From assembly GCA_045562575.1 (NCBI GenBank), contig JBJKVQ010000040.1:3791-67790 (forward strand): a stretch of 64,000 nt of DNA. The letters run 5' to 3'. Source of the stretch: Dehalococcoidia bacterium (GTDB lineage Bacteria > Chloroflexota > Dehalococcoidia > Lucifugimonadales > UBA6952). The notes beneath the pieces are model-generated. The model did not search any database. It saw nothing but the letters and a program-made list of their open reading frames with translations, and was not told where the DNA came from. Below are positions 57,974-64,000 of this stretch, piece after piece (positions within the stretch are counted from its first letter, which is position 1; the number at the start of each line of letters is the position of its first letter). Made by a program: the position numbers and the translations under genes.

Positions 57974-58753
57974 ATGAAGAAGTTAATTGTTCCAATAGTA
58001 ATATTAATGACATTATCAGCATGTAGCCAACTTGGATTATCACCAACTGAATCCGCTGAACCTGTCGATTTGTCTGGAATTGAAACACAATTAGGTGCCT
58101 TAGATAGCCAATTAAGTGCCTTAGATAGCCAATTAAGTGACTTAGATAACCAATTAGATTCCTTAGATAAAAAGATAGAAAACCAGAATACTACTTTGCA
58201 ACAACAAAATAACAAACTGAATGCAATTGAATCTAAACTAGAAAAGCCTGTCGCCAAACCTGAACCCGAAAATAAAGATAAACCTAACAATACAGAAAAA
58301 CCTGATCCAAATTATGGTAGAACTAACACTAACCCAATGGTTCCTGGGAAACCAGCTACAATAAACATAGGATCAGATGCTATGGCTACTCTTGATGCAA
58401 ATTTAAAAGGTCAAATCTATGAACCTAAAATATACTATAGCATCCCTAACTCACCTGAATCTGAATGGGTTATATTCAACGGAAAACCACACGCTTCAGA
58501 AGGTAATATAGGAGTAGACTCTATTGGAATTCAATCAGCAATAGATGTGACAACATTAAACGATCTCGAAATTACTTTCCCTGCAGGCTCAGAAATTGAT
58601 CTTCCATTTAAAATAGACCCCCGAGAATCTCAGGCAAAGTTTTTGACTTTTGATTTTCAACTTGACTTAGAACCTGATAATCCCCATTATGAATCATCAA
58701 ATGGGTCAATGTTGTGGATGATGTATGAGTTAATACCAATCACGGCTTCATAA
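57974..58753 (+). CDS. lipoprotein with heptad coiled-coil segment
   Basis: Signal peptide plus LSAC|S lipobox, followed by QLGALDSQLSALDSQLSDLDNQLDSLDKKIE heptads and a C-terminal globular domain. Confidence 0.7.
   Translation: MKKLIVPIVILMTLSACSQLGLSPTESAEPVDLSGIETQLGALDSQLSALDSQLSDLDNQLDSLDKKIENQNTTLQQQNNKLNAIESKLEKPVAKPEPENKDKPNNTEKPDPNYGRTNTNPMVPGKPATINIGSDAMATLDANLKGQIYEPKIYYSIPNSPESEWVIFNGKPHASEGNIGVDSIGIQSAIDVTTLNDLEITFPAGSEIDLPFKIDPRESQAKFLTFDFQLDLEPDNPHYESSNGSMLWMMYELIPITAS
58088..58171 (+). repeat. 4 x 21-nt in-frame tandem repeat (heptad unit QLxxLDx)
   Basis: Units at 58088, 58109, 58130 and 58151: CAATTA(G/A)(G/A)T(G/T)(C/A)CTTAGATA(G/A)C. Confidence 0.9.
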
Positions 58754-58772
58754 TACAGGTGATTTCAAAAAC

Positions 58773-59606
58773 CTAAGTGATGTGTAAGGTTAAATATTTA
58801 TGAGTCAGAGAATGTTCAGTTACTTCCACATGTCTAATTCCAGATGGGTCGTCTCCAAGTGGAAACCCAACAGGACCGGTGGATACTAGTTCAGTGATTC
58901 CCACTTTTTGGTAATTATTCTTATGAAGATGACCTGTGAAAACAACATCCACATCATATTCAGTAATTAAATCGATTATTTTTGCACGCCTCTCTGAGGG
59001 AATAACCTGGTAACTATCATCTTCATTTGGGTCGTTTAGAAATAAAGGGTGGTGCATGAAAATAATCTTGTGTTTTTGGTGTGTTGATACAGCTATACGA
59101 AGTTCATATTCGAGAAAGGAAATCAGGGTATTCCACTCATCTGGAACTAGCCCGGGATCACAGCAAATACAACTGTTAAGAACTATAAAGTAGCAGTTTT
59201 TTTCTTGAAATGAATAATTATATTCTCCAAATTGTTTCTTATATTTATCTAGACTTGCTTGTGTTGGTTTATTACCAACATCATGATTCCCAGCTACCCA
59301 GTAAAGTTTGATGTCCTGATTTAGGAGTCGTGAAATTCTTATCAACTCCAGAAACTGTTCCTCGGAGTCGGAGTTATGGACCATGTCTCCACAAATTACA
59401 ACAAAGTCAGGGTTAATTTTGTTGGAAGTCTCGATAGCTTCGGTAAAAAGAGAAGTTTCTTTAGCGAACCCTTCTAAGACGGGGTTCATATATCCGATAT
59501 CTATACCTCTTTGAATACGGCTTTTGGTTATATCTGCATACATTCCAAATTGAGGATCGGCCATTACAACAAAAGAAAGATTTGTATTTTTCATTCTCTG
59601 ACTCAT
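58773..59606 (-). CDS. calcineurin-like metallophosphoesterase
   Basis: MADPQ, CGDMVH, GNHD, MHHP and GHLH motif series. Confidence 0.8.
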   Translation of the reverse strand: MSQRMKNTNLSFVVMADPQFGMYADITKSRIQRGIDIGYMNPVLEGFAKETSLFTEAIETSNKINPDFVVICGDMVHNSDSEEQFLELIRISRLLNQDIKLYWVAGNHDVGNKPTQASLDKYKKQFGEYNYSFQEKNCYFIVLNSCICCDPGLVPDEWNTLISFLEYELRIAVSTHQKHKIIFMHHPLFLNDPNEDDSYQVIPSERRAKIIDLITEYDVDVVFTGHLHKNNYQKVGITELVSTGPVGFPLGDDPSGIRHVEVTEHSLTHKYLTLHIT

Positions 59607-59733
59607 ATGTTATTGCGTTAATCGAAAAAATCTCGAGCTGAAGAGGCAACGTTGGTTTGTTTAATTTGAGTTTATTCTAATAAATTCCAACCACTTTTTC
59701 TACAGATTGCAGTACAAATACTTTTGTTTTCGT

Positions 59734-59744
59734 TGTGATATAAT
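59734..59744 (+). promoter_or_regulatory. extended -10 promoter element TGTGATATAAT
   Basis: Part of a 33-nt module (59712-59744) repeated at 61736-61767 (30/33 identical). Confidence 0.45.
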
Positions 59745-59758
59745 CCCTGTCACAAAAG

Positions 59759-59797
59759 GGGTGGGCGATAAAGAACTCAAACCTGTAACCCCTTGTG
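59759..59797 (-). pseudogene. degenerate tRNA-Val(TAC) 3'-half fragment (outermost copy)
   Basis: About 34/39 identical to 63473-63511. It has an eroded CCA end, an uncompensated T-stem change and a broken T-loop (TTTGAGT). Confidence 0.6.
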
Positions 59798-59824
59798 AAA
59801 ATATTGATTAATAAGAGGAATAAA

Positions 59825-60490
59825 ATGGGTAAAAAATTTATTGAGTATAAAGGAAATCCAAATATAGATTTTGAAAATATGGAATCAAAGTCTAAGGAAT
59901 TTTATGAAAATTTGAGACAAAGAAAAACTATAAGAGATTTCTCAGATAAAAATTTTCCAAAATCTATCATTGAAAATTGTATAAAAACTGCAGGGACTAG
60001 TCCTAGTGGAGCAAATATGCAACCTTGGCATTTCGGGATATCTACTAAAAATGAAGTAAGAAAACTACTTAGAAGAGAAGCAGAAAAGGAAGAAAAAAGT
60101 TTTTATGAAACAAAAGCACCCGAAGAATGGTTGAGAGCTCTTGAACCATTAGGAACCGATGCAAACAAACCTTTTTTAGAAATTGCACCATACATAATAG
60201 GAATTTTTGCTAAAAGTTACGGCGTTTTAGATGATGGTTCAAAAGTAAAACATTATTATGCTAAAGAATCAGTGGGTATAGCAACGGGAATTTTAATAAC
60301 AGCATTACATCTCGTTGGCCTTTCTACTCTTACTCATACTCCAAGTCCAATGGCATTTATGAACAAAATATTTAAAAGACCCAAAAATGAAAAGCCTTTT
60401 TTATTACTTGCAGTGGGATTTGCTAAAAAAGATGCACTAATTCCAGATATTAATAAATTACCTTTAGAAAATATTTCATCAACGATATAA
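59825..60490 (+). CDS. nitroreductase-family flavoprotein (iodotyrosine-deiodinase-like subgroup)
   Basis: RKTIRDFSDK...TAGTSPSGANMQPWHF block. ATG 59825 with AAGAGGA upstream is preferred over GTG 59795. Confidence 0.75.
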   Translation: MGKKFIEYKGNPNIDFENMESKSKEFYENLRQRKTIRDFSDKNFPKSIIENCIKTAGTSPSGANMQPWHFGISTKNEVRKLLRREAEKEEKSFYETKAPEEWLRALEPLGTDANKPFLEIAPYIIGIFAKSYGVLDDGSKVKHYYAKESVGIATGILITALHLVGLSTLTHTPSPMAFMNKIFKRPKNEKPFLLLAVGFAKKDALIPDINKLPLENISSTI

Positions 60491-60516
60491 ATAGGGCTTA
60501 TTTGAACCTAAAAGAG

Positions 60517-60555
60517 TGGTGGGCGATAGTGGACTTGAACCACTGACCCCTTGTG
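60517..60555 (-). pseudogene. tRNA-Val 3'-half fragment (middle copy)
   Basis: 34/39 identical to 63473-63511. Shares the AAAAGAG trailer (60510-60516). Its T-arm AGTGG-TTCAAGT-CCACT is fully paired. Confidence 0.75.
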
Positions 60556-60581
60556 GGTTGGTGTACTTGCCCTCGTGTGCG

Positions 60582-60592
60582 TGTGATATAAT
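60582..60592 (+). promoter_or_regulatory. extended -10 promoter element TGTGATATAAT
   Basis: 21 nt upstream of ATG 60614, with a GAGGTG SD in between. Confidence 0.45.
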
Positions 60593-60613
60593 CCTCCCAA
60601 AACGAGGTGCCCC

Positions 60614-61564
60614 ATGTATAAATTAGTTCTTATAACTACATTAACCATGGCACTGATTGCATGTGGTGGTGGGACTGATGACGATGAAATACAATCATCT
60701 GCCAAAACAAACTTAACTAGTGATGACAAAATATGGCTGAATGATGAACATCCTAATAGCAGCCCTAAATGGTCACCAGATGGTAATAACATTGCCTTTG
60801 TATCAAATAGAGATGGACAATCACAAATCTTTGTCATGAACTCCGATGGAACAAATGAGATACCTCTCACTGATAATGATGCACAAAATTATCAACCAAG
60901 CTGGTCGCCAGACGGAACAAAAATAGTGTTTTTATCAAATAGAGACGACCCTAATCGAGCAATAGATGATTATTTCCCTGCAGAAATATATATTATGAAT
61001 TCTGATGGATCAAATCAGATACGTCTTACTAATAATGATTTCCACGATTATGAACCTAGCTTGTCACCTGATGGAACAAAAATAGTGTTTGCATCAGACA
61101 GATATGACTACAATCCAGCTTATACTAACGGAGGAATCTATATAATAGATGGTGATGGATCAAATGAAAAAACTATAATAAATAGAGAATTTTACGAGGA
61201 AGGGTATCCATCTTGGTCTCCAAATGGAACAAAAATAGTATTTTGTTCATACTCTTATGTAAATGAAAACTATGATATCCATACAATGAATATTGATGGC
61301 AGTAATCTAGCTAATATAACCAATACTCAAAGTTATGATATGATGCCCTCTTGGTCCCCTGATGGAACAAAAATAGCTTTTTCATCTGATAGAGATTATA
61401 ACGGTGAAATATATATTATGGAGATTGACGGATCAAATCAACAAAATATTACAAATACAAACTATCTCGACGAAAGCGATCCTTCTTGGTCTCCTGACGG
61501 GACCAAGATTGCTCTAACCTCTATCGGAGAAGAAATGAAAATTCAAATTATAGAATTGAAGTAA
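60614..61564 (+). CDS. PD40/TolB-like beta-propeller lipoprotein
   Basis: LIAC|G lipobox and about 6 repeats of the [15 protein letters not shown]...IY.MN.DGSN...LT.N type. Confidence 0.8.
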   Translation: MYKLVLITTLTMALIACGGGTDDDEIQSSAKTNLTSDDKIWLNDEHPNSSPKWSPDGNNIAFVSNRDGQSQIFVMNSDGTNEIPLTDNDAQNYQPSWSPDGTKIVFLSNRDDPNRAIDDYFPAEIYIMNSDGSNQIRLTNNDFHDYEPSLSPDGTKIVFASDRYDYNPAYTNGGIYIIDGDGSNEKTIINREFYEEGYPSWSPNGTKIVFCSYSYVNENYDIHTMNIDGSNLANITNTQSYDMMPSWSPDGTKIAFSSDRDYNGEIYIMEIDGSNQQNITNTNYLDESDPSWSPDGTKIALTSIGEEMKIQIIELK

Positions 61565-61595
61565 ACAAAATAATCATTCCATTATGATAAAAGAG

Positions 61596-61644
61596 TGGTG
61601 GGCGATATAAGACTCGAACTTATGACCCCTTGTGTGTAAAACAA
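61596..61644 (-). pseudogene. tRNA-Val 3'-half fragment (inner copy), CCA end to anticodon stem
   Basis: 45/49 identical to 63473-63521. All 4 differences are compensatory T-stem changes (ATAAG/CTTAT). Similarity ends abruptly in the anticodon stem. Confidence 0.85.
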
Positions 61645-61756
61645 CTAGCCCCTGTATTCAAATGTATTCAATTATATATATAAGTTTATAAAGGGTTATT
61701 AATTATTATTAGCCACTAATGGGGTACAAAAGGGGGTACAAATACTCTTGTTTTGT

Positions 61757-61767
61757 TGTGATATACT
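61757..61767 (+). promoter_or_regulatory. extended -10 promoter element TGTGATATACT
   Basis: Ends 9 nt before ATG 61777, and there is no SD (CTCCTCATT). Confidence 0.4.
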
Positions 61768-61776
61768 CTCCTCATT

Positions 61777-63441
61777 ATGAAAAATGATCGAAAAAAACTA
61801 GAAGAAGAACGTCCACGCTTAGTTATTTTGCTTCTTCAATGGCTACTACCACCTTTCATTCTTACTAGGCTGGGGCTTAAGATTACACCTACACCTGAAT
61901 TCGAAGTTGATTCAGCAACAAAACAAGCAACCGAAGAATTAATATCTGAATATAAGAAAAACCCAAATAAACCCCCAATAAAAATCACTAAAAAACTTCC
62001 TAAATACGAACCTACCCCTGAAGAACTTAAATATGATCGTAAACAAGATGCCTTTGCGAAACGATTTGCAATACTTGTATGGATTTTTATATATGCTCTT
62101 GGAAACCTATGTCTAGCATGGGCGGTGGGTTTTGGAGCAGAAGTAAGTTTGATGGATATATTCATTAATGCTATTGCGAGTTTAATATTTTTAGCTATGT
62201 TTATGTCTGTATGGTACATGCCTAAAGGTGCAACAATCTTAGGTTGGAGGGTAGGATTATACCTACCGCCTATACACACTATTTTCCCTAAATCAGGTAA
62301 AGCAGAGTTGTATTTCAGATATACACAACCAAATAACACCATGCATAATCCTGCACCTTTTCTTATGGAGGATGGTTGGACTTGGTTGCTTATAGGTTCT
62401 AGTGTATGCTTACTTTTTGGGGTTTATTTTTCATGGTCTGCAGACAATGAAATACAATCATCTGCAGATACAGCTTCTGATGCAAAGGTTAATTGTGCTT
62501 TTTATACTGATGAAGTTGTTGCCCTTCTATTAAGATCGGAAATATCTTGTCTTGAAACAGCAGACAATGAAATACAATCAGCTGCCAAAACAAACTTAAC
62601 TAGTGATGACAAAATATGGCTGAATGAACAACATCCTAATAGCAACCCTGTATGGTCCCCTGATGGTACTGAAATAGTGTTTGTTTCTGATAGAGATGAA
62701 CATTTTATAAATGGAATAATACATACACAAATCTTTGTCATGAACTCCGATGGAACAAATGAGATACGTCTTACTGACAATAATGCACAAAATTATCAAC
62801 CAAGCTGGTCGCCAGACGGAACAAAAATTGTATTTGCGTCAAATAGAGACGGAAATTATGAAATCTATACCATGAATGCTGATGGTTCAAATCAGATACG
62901 TGTGACTAATAACGATTTCCACGATCATAAACCTAGCTTGTCACCTGATGGGACAAAAATTTTATTTGCCTCAAATAGAGACAGAAATTTTGACATCTAT
63001 ACCATCAATGCTGATGGTACGAACCAAACTCGTCTAACAACTCATGTTAATCCAGATAACTACCCTACATGGTCTCATGATGGAACTAAAATTGCATTCA
63101 CTAGCTGGAGAGATGGAAATCCTCAAGTCTATACCATGGATGCTGACGGGACTAATCAGACTAATATAACGAATACTCCAAGTTATGATATGGAACCCTC
63201 TTGGTCTCCTGACGGGACAAAAATAGCTTATTATGTGGCGGATAGAAATGATCTTGGTGAAATATATATCATGGAAATTGACGGATCAAATCAAAAAAAT
63301 ATTACAAATACAAGCAATTTCAGTGAAAGCGATCCTTCTTGGTCTCCTGATGGGACCAAGATTGCTTCTACCTCTATCAAATCACGCGGTGGATTATTAG
63401 TAAAAGAGAATATGAAAATTCAAATTATAGAATTGAAGTAA
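61777..63441 (+). CDS. membrane-anchored PD40/TolB-like beta-propeller protein
   Basis: The N-terminal ~220 aa carry TM segments, followed by about 7 PD40 repeats. The 3' end is near-identical to that of 60614-61564. Confidence 0.75.
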   Translation: MKNDRKKLEEERPRLVILLLQWLLPPFILTRLGLKITPTPEFEVDSATKQATEELISEYKKNPNKPPIKITKKLPKYEPTPEELKYDRKQDAFAKRFAILVWIFIYALGNLCLAWAVGFGAEVSLMDIFINAIASLIFLAMFMSVWYMPKGATILGWRVGLYLPPIHTIFPKSGKAELYFRYTQPNNTMHNPAPFLMEDGWTWLLIGSSVCLLFGVYFSWSADNEIQSSADTASDAKVNCAFYTDEVVALLLRSEISCLETADNEIQSAAKTNLTSDDKIWLNEQHPNSNPVWSPDGTEIVFVSDRDEHFINGIIHTQIFVMNSDGTNEIRLTDNNAQNYQPSWSPDGTKIVFASNRDGNYEIYTMNADGSNQIRVTNNDFHDHKPSLSPDGTKILFASNRDRNFDIYTINADGTNQTRLTTHVNPDNYPTWSHDGTKIAFTSWRDGNPQVYTMDADGTNQTNITNTPSYDMEPSWSPDGTKIAYYVADRNDLGEIYIMEIDGSNQKNITNTSNFSESDPSWSPDGTKIASTSIKSRGGLLVKENMKIQIIELK

Positions 63442-63472
63442 ACAAAATAATCATTTCATTACGATAAAAGAG

Positions 63473-63549
63473 TGGTGGGCGATAAAGGACTCGAACCTTT
63501 GACCCCTTGTGTGTAAAACAAGTGCTCTAACCAACTGAGCTAATCGCCC
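63473..63549 (-). tRNA. tRNA-Val (anticodon TAC), CCA encoded
   Basis: Hand-folded: GGGCGAT/ATCGCCC acceptor, GCTC-AGTTGGTTA-GAGC, anticodon loop TTTACAC, T arm AAAGG-TTCGAGT-CCTTT, ACCA end. Confidence 0.9.
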
Positions 63550-63566
63550 TCTTTTTTATATTAATC

Positions 63567-63639
63567 TGCGCTTGGAGGGATTCGAACCCTCGACCTCAGC
63601 CTCCGCAAGACCGCGCTCTATCCACTGAGCTACAAGCGC
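63567..63639 (-). tRNA. tRNA-Arg (anticodon GCG)
   Basis: Hand-folded: GCGCTTG/CAAGCGC acceptor, GCTC-AGTGGATA-GAGC, anticodon stem CGGTC/GGCTG, loop TTGCGGA, T arm GAGGG-TTCGAAT-CCCTC. Confidence 0.8.
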
Positions 63640-63658
63640 ACAGTAAGCTCACGCTCAA

Positions 63659-63741
63659 TGCCGAAGGGGAGATTTGAACTCCCACGCCCATAAGGACACT
63701 ACGCCCTGAACGTAGCGCGTCTACCGTTCCGCCACTTCGGC
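63659..63741 (-). tRNA. tRNA-Leu (anticodon CAG), long variable arm
   Basis: The sequence GCCGAAGTGGCGGAACGGTAGACGCGCTACGTTCAGGGCGTAGTGTCCTTATGGGCGTGGGAGTTCAAATCTCCCCTTCGGCA closely parallels known bacterial tRNA-Leu(CAG). Confidence 0.9.
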
Positions 63742-63789
63742 TCGTAGATGCCAATTATACACCATTGCACCTAAACGGATTCAACTCTA

Positions 63790-63864
63790 TGGTGGCTACG
63801 GATGGATTCGAACCAACGACCTAGCGCTTATGAAGCGCCCGCTCTGCCGCTGAGCTACGTAGCC
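63790..63864 (-). tRNA. tRNA with CAT anticodon (elongator Met or Ile2), CCA encoded
   Basis: GGCTACG/CGTAGCC acceptor with a G1-C72 pair (so not an initiator), loop TTCATAA, and T arm GTTGG-TTCGAAT-CCATC with one U-U mismatch. Confidence 0.8.
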
Positions 63865-63915
63865 ACCGAAAGAAACTACAGGCCAGTCGCCCGTCTGTTT
63901 CTACGCTAGACAATA

Positions 63916-63944
63916 AATATATATGTCATGTATATAAGTGTCAA
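63916..63944 (-). promoter_or_regulatory. sigma70-type promoter of the four-tRNA operon
   Basis: On the minus strand: TTGACA (63944-63939), 17 nt spacer, TATATT (63921-63916), about 50 nt upstream of the first tRNA. Confidence 0.55.
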
Positions 63945-63964
63945 TTCTGCTAGAATGATATATC

Positions 63965-64000
63965 ATGAACAGTTTATTTTCTGACAAATCTAATTTTTTA
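63965..64000 (+). CDS. 5' end of an unidentified ORF (runs off-window)
   Basis: ATG 63965 opens MNSLFSDKSNFL.... TGcTAGAAT (63948-63956) ends 8 nt upstream. Too short to assess. Confidence 0.2.
   Translation, partial: MNSLFSDKSNFL

Noticed and set aside
60508-60870. Minus-strand ORF (120 aa) resembling another at 62502-62780 (…[13 protein letters not shown]…), which could suggest a conserved antisense gene.
   Set aside because: The resemblance simply mirrors the near-identical + strand DNA of the two PD40 genes. Both are shadow ORFs, and the first also runs through the tRNA fragment.
59712-63549. Annotating the tRNA-fragment-bounded segments as a mobile element or genomic island.
   Set aside because: No integrase, transposase or inverted terminal repeats are visible, so only the tRNA-derived repeats are annotated and the mobility idea is left as a finding.
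63865-63915. AGAAAC...GTTTCT hairpin in the leader of the tRNA operon, considered as a regulatory RNA.
   Set aside because: It is a short imperfect stem lying between the promoter and the first tRNA. A processing leader is the more likely explanation, and there is no independent support.

Overview
This is an AT-rich (by eye; GC not computed), gene-dense bacterial chromosome segment that uses the standard code (TGA is used as a stop). From about 1 to 49 kb it is core housekeeping. That part holds the rpmH-rnpA-yidD-(beta-propeller lipoprotein)-yidC-jag cluster, tlyA, mfd, and an 11-gene nuoABCDHIJKLMN operon with no nuoEFG that runs straight into eno and gap. It also holds a 1428-aa GT-C-like membrane protein with a YYY motif, a four-domain rhodanese, pheA, a Trk potassium-uptake cluster with three RCK proteins plus a Usp, and a hot-dog hydratase operon resembling HadABC. 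The rest of the core is a CoA-transferase/CapA-like/sirtuin operon, pyrD, tRNA-Val(GAC) and dnaE. The YYY-motif protein, the EFG-less complex I and the MaoC, CaiB and PhtD-type paralogs suggest a marine Chloroflexota (SAR202-like) genome, but that is inference only.

From about 49 to 63.5 kb the content looks accessory. It encodes PT-linker lipoproteins (a Ca-binding beta-roll and a metzincin), a GH32 enzyme with a ROK kinase, a heptad-repeat lipoprotein and PD40/TolB-like propellers. The window ends in a minus-strand cluster of tRNA-Met(CAT), tRNA-Leu(CAG), tRNA-Arg(GCG) and tRNA-Val(TAC).

The most notable signal is a direct array of three extra copies of the tRNA-Val(TAC) 3' half, at 59759, 60517 and 61596. 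Their T-stem changes are compensatory. Each copy delimits a single-gene cassette with its own TGTGATAnAAT promoter, and no integrase is visible.

I found no CRISPR array, rRNA, transposase or prophage genes. Three small features missing from the ORF track are added: rpmH, a DUF1289-like 56-aa ORF and a 35-aa peptide ORF. All family assignments come from motif recognition by eye, not from searches.
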